This document shows positions 1-9,301 of a stretch of 64,000 nt of DNA, piece by piece; position 1 is the stretch's first letter, and each line of letters begins with the position of its first letter. The DNA comes from an uncultured Candidatus Binatia bacterium (GTDB lineage Bacteria; Desulfobacterota; Binatia; UBA9968; JAJDTQ01), in NCBI GenBank assembly GCA_964291295.2, contig OZ219754.1, positions 2,624,001 to 2,688,000 of the forward strand, read 5' to 3'. The position numbers were made by a program, and so were the translations under genes. The notes under the pieces were generated by a model. It was not told the origin of the DNA. It saw nothing but the letters and a program-made list of their open reading frames with translations, and made no database searches.

Positions 1-465
1 CGCGCTCGACGGCAGTATTTCCACGAACACCGTCAGGTCGGGGCGGAGGAGATCCACCCGCGCCCCGCTGCGGGCCTTTACCAGCGCCCCCAACTCCCGG
101 TTGATGTCGCTGGAGGTCAGCGGGAAACGCTTGTCGGTGCGCCGGGTGGCGATCCGGAAGGAATCGAAGGACTGTCCCTGAATGGCTTCCAGGACATGCG
201 CCGCCAGCGACCGCATGTCGGCATCGGTGCGGTCCACCGGGGAGAAATTGGCGATGCCGAAGACCCGGCCGAGCCGGTCGGCGAGTTCGTCCGGCGGAAC
301 GTCGTGATTGAAGTTCAGCAGCAGCCTCGAAGAGGCGTTGCGGATCTCCTTGAGACCCATTCCTCGAAGGGCCGTGCTCAGGTTCTTCTTGAGGTGCTCG
401 ACGAAGTAGGCGCGGTTGCCCTTCTTGAGGGCGATCTCGTGGTAGCGGACCAAGGCCGAGCGCAT
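1..465 (-). CDS. thiI: tRNA 4-thiouridine synthase ThiI (5' part, runs off window start)
   Basis: Manual translation from ATG at 465: MRSALVRYHEIALKKGNRAYFVEHLKKNL..., the typical ThiI N-terminus, followed by a THUMP-like segment (SFRIATRRTDKRFP). Not in the ORF track because it is truncated. Confidence 0.85.
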   Translation of the reverse strand, partial: MRSALVRYHEIALKKGNRAYFVEHLKKNLSTALRGMGLKEIRNASSRLLLNFNHDVPPDELADRLGRVFGIANFSPVDRTDADMRSLAAHVLEAIQGQSFDSFRIATRRTDKRFPLTSSDINRELGALVKARSGARVDLLRPDLTVFVEILPSSA

Positions 466-547
466 GGCGCGACGATAGCAGATTCACGGAACTTTTGCAT
501 GGAAAGCCCGCTGTGATACCATGAACGCTTGGTCTTGGAGGTCTTGA

Positions 548-874
548 ATGGAAAGGTTCAGGAGTGTTCCGGAGATCGCTCGATTCTCCCCGGAGAAGAT
601 GAGGAAGAACGGGGTCTTCGAGACGGAGCGGCTTTTTTGCGACGTCTACTGCTTCGAGGCCGGACAGGCGCAGCGCGTGCATGCCCATGAAGGCTCGGAC
701 AAGGTCTACTTCGTACTGGAAGGGGAGGGGCTGTTCCGCATCGGTGCGGAACAGCGTCAACTCGGCAAGGACGAGGTGGCGCTGGCGCCGTCGGGAGAGC
801 CTCACGGCGTGGAGAATCCCGGACCCGGGCGGTTGAAGCTGCTGGTGCTCATGGCGCCGCGTCCGGGCCATTGA
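548..874 (+). CDS. cupin domain protein
   Basis: HAH...DKVYFVLEGEG and GEPHGVEN cupin motifs. Confidence 0.8.
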   Translation: MERFRSVPEIARFSPEKMRKNGVFETERLFCDVYCFEAGQAQRVHAHEGSDKVYFVLEGEGLFRIGAEQRQLGKDEVALAPSGEPHGVENPGPGRLKLLVLMAPRPGH

Positions 875-889
875 GGAGCGGGCGGGCCC

Positions 890-1306
890 ATGACGGCGGA
901 CGACCCCGTGAACGACGTCAACCGGCGCTTCTACGAAGCGTTCGAGAGTCTCGACCTCACCCGCATGAAGGGCATCTGGCTGCGCGAGGACTACATCAGG
1001 TGCGTCCATCCGGGATGGGCCTTGCTGTCCGGTTGGGACGCCGTCATGGAGAGCTGGCGGCGGATCTTCGAGAACACGCGGCAGATGCGCTTTGCCCTCA
1101 CCGGCTTGACCGCGCGGACCCAGGGTTCCTTCGCCTGGGTGACACTCTACGAGAACCTGCACTCGACGCTGCCGGGGCGGACCAGCGCGGCGGTGGTGCT
1201 CGCCACCAACATCTATGAACAGCGCGCCGATGGCTGGTACATGATCCATCACCACGGCTCGCCGGTGATGATGGCCGAGCCCGACCCCGGCTCCACGGTT
1301 CAGTGA
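890..1306 (+). CDS. SnoaL/NTF2-like (DUF4440-type) protein
   Basis: NRRFYEAFESLD, CVHPGW and ATNIYE...WYMIHHHGSP pattern. Confidence 0.75.
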   Translation: MTADDPVNDVNRRFYEAFESLDLTRMKGIWLREDYIRCVHPGWALLSGWDAVMESWRRIFENTRQMRFALTGLTARTQGSFAWVTLYENLHSTLPGRTSAAVVLATNIYEQRADGWYMIHHHGSPVMMAEPDPGSTVQ

Positions 1307-2022
1307 AGCCGCTTCAGGACAAGGTCTGCATCATCACCGGCGCGGGCAGGGGCATTGGCCGCGCCATCGCGCTTCGGGCCGCCGAGGAAGGCTGCCGCGC
1401 CATGCTGGCGTCGAGAAGTGCGGACCAGCTCGATATGGTCCGGGCCGAGATCGCGGCCCGGGGCGGGCAGGCCGCGTGGCAGCGCGCCGACCTGTCGCGG
1501 CAGGAGGATCTGGAAGCACTGGTGGAGCGGACCCTGGATCGTTTCGGCGCCATTGATTTCCTGGTCAACAATGCCGGATGGGGCATCAAGGCCAAGGTCG
1601 CCGATGCGAGGATCCAGGACTGGGAAGAGACCTTTCGGGTCAATCTGCTGGCGCCCATGATCCTGGCCCAGCTGGTGCTGCCCGCGCTCATGGCCCGGCC
1701 GGACGGGGCCATCGTCAACATCGCTTCGATATCAGGGCGGGCAGGGCAGGCGGGTGCGGCAGCCTATGCCGCCTCCAAGGCCGGGCTCACGGCCTTCAGC
1801 CAGTCCCTGTTCGAGGAGGTTCGGGAACACGCCATCAAGGTGGCAGCGGTCATTCCCGGTTTCGTGGACACGGAGATGATCCCGCCCGTGAGACATCTCG
1901 ACCGTGCCCGAATGATCCAGCCCGACGACGTGGCTCAGGCGGTGTTGTTCGTTCTCACCGCGCCCGCCACCGCCTGTCCGGTGGAGGTCACCGTCCGTCC
2001 GCAGCGCACGCCGTACCTGTAG
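1303..2022 (+). CDS. short-chain dehydrogenase/reductase
   Basis: TGAGRGIG, NNAG and YAASK motifs; GTG start overlaps upstream stop. Confidence 0.9.
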   Translation: MKPLQDKVCIITGAGRGIGRAIALRAAEEGCRAMLASRSADQLDMVRAEIAARGGQAAWQRADLSRQEDLEALVERTLDRFGAIDFLVNNAGWGIKAKVADARIQDWEETFRVNLLAPMILAQLVLPALMARPDGAIVNIASISGRAGQAGAAAYAASKAGLTAFSQSLFEEVREHAIKVAAVIPGFVDTEMIPPVRHLDRARMIQPDDVAQAVLFVLTAPATACPVEVTVRPQRTPYL

Positions 2023-2024
2023 CC

Positions 2025-3197
2025 TCAGGCCGCTCCCTGAAGGTTGCAGAACTCCTCGTAGTCGATGAGTTCGTGGATGGTGGGCTTCTCTCCGCACATG
2101 GGACACTCGGGGTCCCGGCGCAGGCGGAGCGTGTTGATCTCCATGGTCAGCGTGTTGAAGTGGAGCAGCCTCCCGGCCAGCGAGTCGCCCTTGCCCAGGA
2201 TGAGCTTGATGGTCTCCACCGCCTGGATCGTGCCGATGAGTCCGGGAAGGACTCCCAGCACCCCGGCCTCGGCGCAACTTGGCGCCATGCCGGGAGGAGG
2301 CGGTTCGGGATAGAGGCAGCGGTAGCACGGGCCGTTGCCGGGGTGGAACACCGACACCTGCCCTTCGAACTGGAAGATGCTGCCGTGAACATTGGGCTTG
2401 CCGGTCATCACGCAGGCGTCATTGACCAGATACCGGGTGGGGAAGTTGTCGCAGCCGTCCACCACGATGTCGTAGTCCTTGATGATCTCCATGATGTTGT
2501 CGGAGTTCAGCCGCTCCGGTATGGCGATCACGTTGACGTCCGGGTTCAGTCCCTGGATGGTCTGGCGCGCCGACTCGGTCTTGGGCTCGCCGATGCGATC
2601 GTTGGTGTGGAGGATCTGGCGCTGCAGGTTGGACAGGTCCACCACGTCATGGTCGACGATGCCCAGGGTGCCAACCCCGGCCGCCGCCAGGTAGTAGGCG
2701 GATGGCGACCCCAGGCCGCCGGCCCCCACCATCAACACCCGGGCGTCCAGCAGCCTCGCCTGTCCCTCTTCGCCCACCTCGGGAAGCAGGAAATGGCGGC
2801 TGTAGCGGGTGAGTTGTTCCTGCGTGAACTGCCGATCCTGCACGAAGGGATAGCCCTCGTTCTTCCAGGCGGTGTATCCCCCGGACATGGAGGTGACGTC
2901 CTGATAGCCCATTTCCCGCATCACCTTGCCCGCCAGCAGCGACCTCACGCCGCCGGCGCAGTAGGCGATGATGGGAGTGGACTTGTCCGGTATCTCGGCG
3001 TCCACCTTCATCTCGAGAAAACCCCGGGGTACCGACACCGCATTCTCCAGGTGTCCTTCCCGGTATTCCTCCTTCTCGCGGACGTCCAGGAGCGCGTGGT
3101 TGCCGTCGTGCCGCAGCAACTCGCGTACCTGTTGGGGTGCCAACTCCTTTACGGTGTCGCGCGCCTCGTCCATCAACTGCTGGAATGTCTTGGCCAT
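2025..3197 (-). CDS. moeB: rhodanese + MoeB/ThiF adenylyltransferase fusion (MoeZ-like)
   Basis: Start MAKTFQQ at 3197; N-terminal rhodanese with YCAGGVRS; RYSRH, GAGGLGS, DLSNLQRQ, and CYRC and CPMC Zn motifs. Confidence 0.85.
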   Translation of the reverse strand: MAKTFQQLMDEARDTVKELAPQQVRELLRHDGNHALLDVREKEEYREGHLENAVSVPRGFLEMKVDAEIPDKSTPIIAYCAGGVRSLLAGKVMREMGYQDVTSMSGGYTAWKNEGYPFVQDRQFTQEQLTRYSRHFLLPEVGEEGQARLLDARVLMVGAGGLGSPSAYYLAAAGVGTLGIVDHDVVDLSNLQRQILHTNDRIGEPKTESARQTIQGLNPDVNVIAIPERLNSDNIMEIIKDYDIVVDGCDNFPTRYLVNDACVMTGKPNVHGSIFQFEGQVSVFHPGNGPCYRCLYPEPPPPGMAPSCAEAGVLGVLPGLIGTIQAVETIKLILGKGDSLAGRLLHFNTLTMEINTLRLRRDPECPMCGEKPTIHELIDYEEFCNLQGAA

Positions 3198-3421
3198 GAC
3201 ATGTCCCCCGGGAAATTTCCGACTTGGCGTTGGCTTCAACCTGGAGTTCCGACCTGGAGTTTCGACATGAAGTCTACGTGGATGGCAAACCGAAACAGAG
3301 GCCGGAATACAAGCCGTAACAAGGGTCGAACGCACGCTTCGAACGATTCGGACGCTTCGAAATACAAGCCGGAATGGAAGGAAAGTATCATGATTATTAC
3401 TACAGGTTATCGGCCGTCCTG

Positions 3422-4483
3422 TCAATCGAGCCGGTAGAAACGGTTGGCGTTGTCGGCCAGGATCTTCCGCTTGGCGGTATCCGAAACGTCCTCCCGTGCG
3501 CACAGCTCGGGAATATCCTTGAGGTACTCCTCGCGCGGACGCTCGTGGGGATAGTCGGACGCGAAGAAGATGCAGTCCTCGCCGAAGAGCTCAAGGACGC
3601 AAGGCAGTGTGCGCTCCTCGGACTCCACCGAGACGTAGACGCTGCCGCTCCTGATGTAGTGGCTGGGCGCATGCTTCAGCCGGGGGGCCCATTTCCTGCC
3701 GCGCCGTTCGTAACCCTCGTCCAGCCGGTCCATCATGAACGGCACCCAGCCCGCCCCCGCCTCCAGATAGGCGACGCGAAGGTCGGGAAACAGCTCGTAG
3801 ACGCCCTGGAATACCATGTTGGTCAGGTGGATCAGCAGCGGAATGGGGTGCTCCAGCGCATGGACCTCGGCGAAGCTGTCCAGATAGTCGAAGCCGAGGC
3901 CCCGGCTTGGCGCCCCGTGGATGGCCAGCGCCATGTCCAGCCGGCAGGCCTCCTCGTATATCGGGAAGAAGGTCTCGTGGCCGTACCCCTTGCCCAGCGC
4001 GTTCACCGAGGGCAGCACGGCGGCCGGCATGCCCAGTTCCTCCCTGGCGTGGCGCATCTCCCTGACGGCGTCGTCGATACTATGAATCGGGATCAGGGCG
4101 GCGCCGAGGATCCTCGGTGTGTGTTTCATGTAGTAGCCGTGGAGCCAGGCGTTGTAGGCGTGGGCGATGTTGACGGAATAGGCCGGGTCCTGGATCAGGC
4201 CGAACCCGAGACCGGCGGTGGGATAGACGATGGTGCGGTTGATGCCGCAGTCGTCCAGGAACGATAACCAGATATCGCGGTCGGGATAGTCCCGGAGCCC
4301 TGAGGAACTCATGTTGGACAACCGGGTCCATCCGTCCAGCGACGGGAACAGCGAGTACATGCGGGCCCAGGCGGGCTGGCCGTCGCTGCCCGCGTATTTC
4401 TCGCCCATGAAGGGCATGATCTCGCTGGCGTTCTCCATGATGTGTCCGTCGCCGTCCACCACCGGATAGGCGTTCTCGCGCAT
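3422..4483 (-). CDS. amidohydrolase family protein (amidohydro_2)
   Basis: Start MRENAYPVVDGDGH; YPT, LEAGAGW and FASDYPH motifs. Confidence 0.85.
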   Translation of the reverse strand: MRENAYPVVDGDGHIMENASEIMPFMGEKYAGSDGQPAWARMYSLFPSLDGWTRLSNMSSSGLRDYPDRDIWLSFLDDCGINRTIVYPTAGLGFGLIQDPAYSVNIAHAYNAWLHGYYMKHTPRILGAALIPIHSIDDAVREMRHAREELGMPAAVLPSVNALGKGYGHETFFPIYEEACRLDMALAIHGAPSRGLGFDYLDSFAEVHALEHPIPLLIHLTNMVFQGVYELFPDLRVAYLEAGAGWVPFMMDRLDEGYERRGRKWAPRLKHAPSHYIRSGSVYVSVESEERTLPCVLELFGEDCIFFASDYPHERPREEYLKDIPELCAREDVSDTAKRKILADNANRFYRLD

Positions 4484-4529
4484 GGGATGCTCCTTTCTCT
4501 TGGGAAACGGGGGAGGGGCAGCGGCGCGG

Positions 4530-5627
4530 CTACGCCTCCGCGATCCCGTAGAACCGCCTGGCGTTGTCGCCCAGCATCTTGTCGGCCACCCGCTCCGGGA
4601 CATCCTCCCGGCCGCGCAGGGTGGCGGTCAGTCGGGGCTCGAAAGAGGGATCCTGGTGGCCGTAGTCCGAGCCGATGAGGAGATGGTCCTCGCCGATATG
4701 GTTCGCCAGGTAGGGGATGTCCTCGTCGGCCTCGCAGGCGACGAACAGGCGGTAGTCCTCGAACAGACCTCGGTCCGACTTGTGTTTCCAGTCGCTCTTG
4801 AGCAGCCGCTTGAGGACGTGCAGCACGAACGGCACCCAACCGGCGGAGGCCTCGATGAAGCCGATGCGCAGGCCCGGGAACTCTTCGGGTATGCGGTTCG
4901 CCACCAGGTCGCGGAAGGCGAACACCGGCAGGATACGCCCCTGTGCGAAGGAGAAGTTCCGCTCGAAGCTGAACAGGTTGATGATCGACGGCGCGCCCAT
5001 GCCGGTATGGATGCAGATGGGCAGATCCAGCCTGGCGGCTTCTTCGTAGACCGGGAAGAAATATGGATCGTCCAGGGTGCGGTCTCCCTCCATGCCGCGG
5101 AAGAAGACGCCCACGGCTCCATGTTCCCTGGCCAGCCGCATTTCGTCGATGGCGGCGTGGATGGACTGCAACGGCAGCACGGCGGTCCACAGCAGGCGGT
5201 TGCGGCCGGTGCGGTGCACCTCCCACATGTAGCGGTTGTAGGCGCGGCACAGCGCCACCTCCAGTTCCGCATCCCGGGTGAGGTAGACCAGGAACAGCGT
5301 TGGATAGATGATCTGGACGTCGATGCCGAGCCGGTCCATGTCCGCCAGCCGAACCTCGGGCCGGGTGATCTCGCGGCTGGCGATGAGGCTGTCGCTGCGG
5401 GACGACTCGAGCTTCGTGGCGGACGGCGTCACCAGACGATAACTCCCCTTGCCGTTGGGCTTGGGCACGATATTGCCGTCGATGAGCCAGAAGGCGTTGC
5501 GGGGGCCGTAGAGGGTATCCTCGGGCACCGAGGCCAGCACCGGCCGGCGCGCGTACATGCCCGCGTCCATGTGTTTCCACATGGCTTCGGGTTCGGCGAT
5601 ATGAGTGTCGGAATCGATGATCGTCAT
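4530..5627 (-). CDS. amidohydrolase family protein
   Basis: IIDSDTH, IYPT, CIHTG, EASAGW and GSDYGH motifs. Confidence 0.85.
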   Translation of the reverse strand: MTIIDSDTHIAEPEAMWKHMDAGMYARRPVLASVPEDTLYGPRNAFWLIDGNIVPKPNGKGSYRLVTPSATKLESSRSDSLIASREITRPEVRLADMDRLGIDVQIIYPTLFLVYLTRDAELEVALCRAYNRYMWEVHRTGRNRLLWTAVLPLQSIHAAIDEMRLAREHGAVGVFFRGMEGDRTLDDPYFFPVYEEAARLDLPICIHTGMGAPSIINLFSFERNFSFAQGRILPVFAFRDLVANRIPEEFPGLRIGFIEASAGWVPFVLHVLKRLLKSDWKHKSDRGLFEDYRLFVACEADEDIPYLANHIGEDHLLIGSDYGHQDPSFEPRLTATLRGREDVPERVADKMLGDNARRFYGIAEA

Positions 5628-5654
5628 CGGACGGGCCTGGTGCGGCGCGGCGCC

Positions 5655-6746
5655 TCAGAGGTTGTAGAGCCGCCTCGGGTTTTCGCGCAGTATCTTGTCG
5701 GCGACCTCAGGGGACAGGTCTTCCCGGGACCGGATGGTCCGGGCCAGCTCCGGCTCGAACGAAGGATCGTTGTGGCCGTAGTCCGAGCCGATGACGATGT
5801 TGTCCTCGCCCATGTACCGGATCAGATACGGGATGTCCTCGTCGGCCTCGCAGGCCACGAACAGCCGGTATTGCCGGAACAGTTCGGCACTGGAATCGAA
5901 CCTGAACTGCTGCTTCAGCAGGCGCCGCAGGATGTGCAGCAGGAACGGCACCCAGCCCGCCGAGGCCTCGATGAACCCGAACCGCAGCTTGGGGAACAGC
6001 TCCGGAATCCGGTTGTGAATGAGGTCCCGGAAGGCGAAGATCGGCAGCACCCGGCCGTGGGCGAAGGTGTGGTTGCGCTCCAGGTTGAACATCCGGGTGA
6101 GGGCGGGGCAGCCCGACCCCGTGTGGATGCAGATGGGCAGTTCCAGCGAATTGGCTTCCTCGTACACCGGAAAGAAGTAGGGGTCGTCCAGGGTTCGTTC
6201 CCCTTCCATGCCGCGAAAGAAGAGTCCCACCGCGCCGTGCTCCTTCGCGAGCCGCATCTCCTTCACCGATTCGTCGACGGAGCCCAGGGGAAGGATGGCG
6301 TTCCAGCGCAGCCTCTTCCCTCCTTTCTCTTCGACCTCCCACATGTAGCGGTTGTAGGCCTTGCACAGCGCGACCTCGAGGTCGACGTCGTCGGTGAGAT
6401 GGATGAGGAAGAGCGTCGGGTAGATCACTTGGGTGTCGACGCCGAGGCGGTCCATGTCCTTCAACCGCAGATTCACGTCGGTGATCTCGCGGCTGGCCAC
6501 GAGGCTGTCGTTCCGTTCCGTTTCCAGGGTGGACGCCGCCGGAGTTACCAGCCTGAAGCCGCCCTTGCCCGAGGGCTTTGGAAAAATGTTGCCGTCGATG
6601 AGCCAGAATCTGTTGCGGGCACCGTAGAGCGTGTCGTCGGTGATGGAGGTCAGCACCGGCCGGCGCGGATACATGTCTTTGTCGAAGAGCTTCCACATTG
6701 CCTCGGGCTCGGCGATATGCGTATCCGCATCGATGATTCCTGCCAT
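5655..6746 (-). CDS. amidohydrolase family protein (close paralog of 4530-5627)
   Basis: IIDADTH, CIHTG, EASAGW and GSDYGH; long identical stretches shared with the neighbour. Confidence 0.85.
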   Translation of the reverse strand: MAGIIDADTHIAEPEAMWKLFDKDMYPRRPVLTSITDDTLYGARNRFWLIDGNIFPKPSGKGGFRLVTPAASTLETERNDSLVASREITDVNLRLKDMDRLGVDTQVIYPTLFLIHLTDDVDLEVALCKAYNRYMWEVEEKGGKRLRWNAILPLGSVDESVKEMRLAKEHGAVGLFFRGMEGERTLDDPYFFPVYEEANSLELPICIHTGSGCPALTRMFNLERNHTFAHGRVLPIFAFRDLIHNRIPELFPKLRFGFIEASAGWVPFLLHILRRLLKQQFRFDSSAELFRQYRLFVACEADEDIPYLIRYMGEDNIVIGSDYGHNDPSFEPELARTIRSREDLSPEVADKILRENPRRLYNL

Positions 6747-6907
6747 GTCGGCCTCCCTGGAGAAGCGGCACCGCGGTGGTATCGTGCGGAAGCACGGACG
6801 GTGCGCCTGCCCGTTTGTACTGCCGGTGCCGAGGGCTTGTCAAACGAGGCGGAACCGCCGCGAATGCGTCATTCCATCGGACAAGAAGATGAGCCTATGC
6901 AGTAGGG

Positions 6908-7145
6908 AGGGACTGCGTCTTCGGCGAGGACGCCTGCCTGACCCGCATCGGACACGGAACGGCCAACCGTGCCAGTCACAACCGCATCGCGCTCGCGGTG
7001 ATCTTCACCCACCGACGCGACTCCGAGAGCTTCGCCGAAACCCGCCGACGGCTGCAACTCGACCGCAGCCAAGTCATCGCCGCCCTGACCCGGCCCTCAT
7101 CCCTCGACGTTACCCCTACACCGACAACCGCATTGGAAGGCACCC
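6908..7145 (+). mobile_element. ISAs1-family transposase C-terminal remnant
   Basis: Frame from 6908 reads RDCVFGEDACLTRIGHGTANRASHNRIALAVIF...FAETRRR, resembling the ISAs1 C-terminal RDxxFxEDxxxxRxGxxxxNxA motif. In-frame stop at 6890 and no start, so a fragment. Confidence 0.6.
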
Positions 7146-7213
7146 TCCACCCCTCCCTCATCCCGATACAACCCACAGCATGGGAAAGTCCTGGCATTGG
7201 ACAAGACTGTGGT

Positions 7214-7241
7214 TTGACATTTGTGGGGCAGAAGGTAAGAT
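7214..7241 (+). promoter_or_regulatory. putative sigma70 promoter upstream of T1SS genes
   Basis: TTGACA (7214-7219), 16 bp spacer, TAAGAT (7236-7241) in a locally AT-richer stretch. Confidence 0.4.
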
Positions 7242-7543
7242 GGCCGACAGACAATCTGTTTGAAGGGGGCAACGAAGGTAAGCGGCGCTGCTGTGACCCG
7301 ACCGGTTTCGACGGAAGCGTTTTCGAGGGAAGCGTGATTGAACCGCCGCTGCCGAATGAGCCTCCGCGGACTGTCCGGTGCGTCCTCGAGGCGTCCGCGG
7401 ATGGTCCATTTCAATACCCGGCCGTGTACGCTGTGGCCATGCCCTGTCCATCTTCCCGAACTTCACCCCGAACCCTCTCTTCCCCGAGCGGTGCCGCCCC
7501 GACCGTCGTGAAGCATGGGTTTTGCCGAGGCATGTGATCTCCG

Positions 7544-9301
7544 TTGCTTTCTGAACCTTCCTCCCGTCCGGATCCGCAGCCCCGCGCGGTCCTTGCCCGG
7601 TATCGCGGCGCATTGATCGTGGTGGGTCTGCTGAGCGCCGCGGTGAATCTCCTGCTGCTCACCGGGCCACTTTTCATGCTGCAGGTCTACGACCGGGTGC
7701 TGGCCAGCCGGGCGGAGGCGACGCTGGTCGTGCTGTTTGCCATCGTGGTCTACCTCTACGGATTGAAGGGCCTGCTTGATGCCCTGCGCGGGCGCATCCT
7801 GGGGCGGGTCGGGGCGGGATTCCAGAGTGCGCTCGACGAGCGGGTATTCGATGCATCGCTCCGGGCGGAGCGCGAGCGCCCGGGGCAGGCGCTTCAGGAG
7901 CTTGAGATGGTGCGTATGTTCCTGGCCTCCCCGGCGCCGGGGATGATCCTGGATCTGCCCTGGATGCCGTTCTTCGTCGCCATCATCTTCATCTTCCATC
8001 CACTGCTGGGGTGGCTGGCCGTGGCGGGTGCGCTGGTGCTGGTGGCGCTGGCGCTGGTCAACCGGTGGGCGACGCGCAAGTCGCAGCAGCAGGCCGCCCA
8101 GCTGTCCGTGGACGCGAACCTCCGCGCCGTGGAGGCGCACCGCGAGATGGAGACGGTGCGGAGCCTGGGCATGACCGGCCCGTTGCGCGCGCGTTGGAAG
8201 GCGGTGCGCGAGACAGCGATGGACTGGGGGATGCAGGCCTCGGACGTCGGCGGTGGCTACACGGCGGCGAGCCGGGCGTTCCGTCTGCTGCTGCAGTCGG
8301 GGATGCTGGGGCTCGGCGCGTGGCTGGTGCTGGAGGGCGAATTGACGGCGGGGGCGATGATCGCGGCCTCGATCCTGCTCGGTCGGGCAATGCAGCCGCT
8401 GGAGGGGGTGATTTCGCAATGGCCGATGATCCAGCGGGCGCGGGCGGGCTGGTCCTCGGTCTCGCGGCTGCTGGCGCAAGCGCCGCCGACGGTGCCGTCG
8501 ATGGCGCTGCCGCGGCCTGCATCGCATCTGCTGGCGAGCAATGTGACGGTGTTGTCGCCGGACCGTCGGGATGTGCTGCTGCGCGGCGTGAGCTTCGATG
8601 TGGTGCCGGGTGAGGCGGTGGCGGTGGTGGGTGCGAGCGGCGCGGGCAAGTCGACGCTGGCAAAGGCGCTCGTCGGACTGTGGCCGCTCGCGCAGGGCGA
8701 GGTGCGTCTGGGCGGGGCGGAACTTTTGGCTTGGGGGGAGGCGCTGTGGCGCGAGCATCTGGGTTATCTGCCGCAGGACGTGGCGCTCTTCACCGGCAGC
8801 GTGGCGGAGAACATTGCGCGCTTCGACCCCGAAGCCAACGAGGATGGGGTGGTCCGGGCGGCGATGGCGGCCGGGGCGCATGAGATGATCCTGTCGCTGC
8901 CCGACGCCTACGACACGGTGCTCAAGAACGGCAGCGGAGTTTCGGGCGGGCAGCGCCAGCGCATCGGCCTTGCGCGGGCGCTCTACGGCAATCCGGTGCT
9001 GTTGGTGCTGGACGAGCCGGACGCGAGCCTGGACGACGTCGGCGCGCAGGCGCTGAACCGGGCCATCGCCGAGGCGAAGAAGGCCGGGAAGGCGGTGGTG
9101 GTCATGGCGCACCGGAGTTCGGTGCTTGCGGAATGTGAGCGGATCGCGGTGCTGGAGGGCGGGCGGCTGCGGATATTCGGACCAAGTTCGAAGGTGCTGG
9201 CACGCCTTTCGGGTGCCCGGCCGCGACTGGCCGCGGAGGGAGGGCGCAGGGCAATCGCGACGGGTGCCGCGGCCCCGGAAGCGCCGTCGGACGATGACTG
9301 A
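7544..9301 (+). CDS. prtD: type I secretion ABC permease/ATPase, PrtD/AprD family
   Basis: LFMLQVYDRVL N-terminal signature, DLPW, GAMIAASIL, Walker A GASGAGKST, SGGQRQR, LVLDEP; no C39 domain. Confidence 0.9.
   Translation: MLSEPSSRPDPQPRAVLARYRGALIVVGLLSAAVNLLLLTGPLFMLQVYDRVLASRAEATLVVLFAIVVYLYGLKGLLDALRGRILGRVGAGFQSALDERVFDASLRAERERPGQALQELEMVRMFLASPAPGMILDLPWMPFFVAIIFIFHPLLGWLAVAGALVLVALALVNRWATRKSQQQAAQLSVDANLRAVEAHREMETVRSLGMTGPLRARWKAVRETAMDWGMQASDVGGGYTAASRAFRLLLQSGMLGLGAWLVLEGELTAGAMIAASILLGRAMQPLEGVISQWPMIQRARAGWSSVSRLLAQAPPTVPSMALPRPASHLLASNVTVLSPDRRDVLLRGVSFDVVPGEAVAVVGASGAGKSTLAKALVGLWPLAQGEVRLGGAELLAWGEALWREHLGYLPQDVALFTGSVAENIARFDPEANEDGVVRAAMAAGAHEMILSLPDAYDTVLKNGSGVSGGQRQRIGLARALYGNPVLLVLDEPDASLDDVGAQALNRAIAEAKKAGKAVVVMAHRSSVLAECERIAVLEGGRLRIFGPSSKVLARLSGARPRLAAEGGRRAIATGAAAPEAPSDDD

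Noticed and set aside
196-516. 106-aa plus-strand ORF
   Set aside because: Antisense to the clearly recognisable thiI 5' end.
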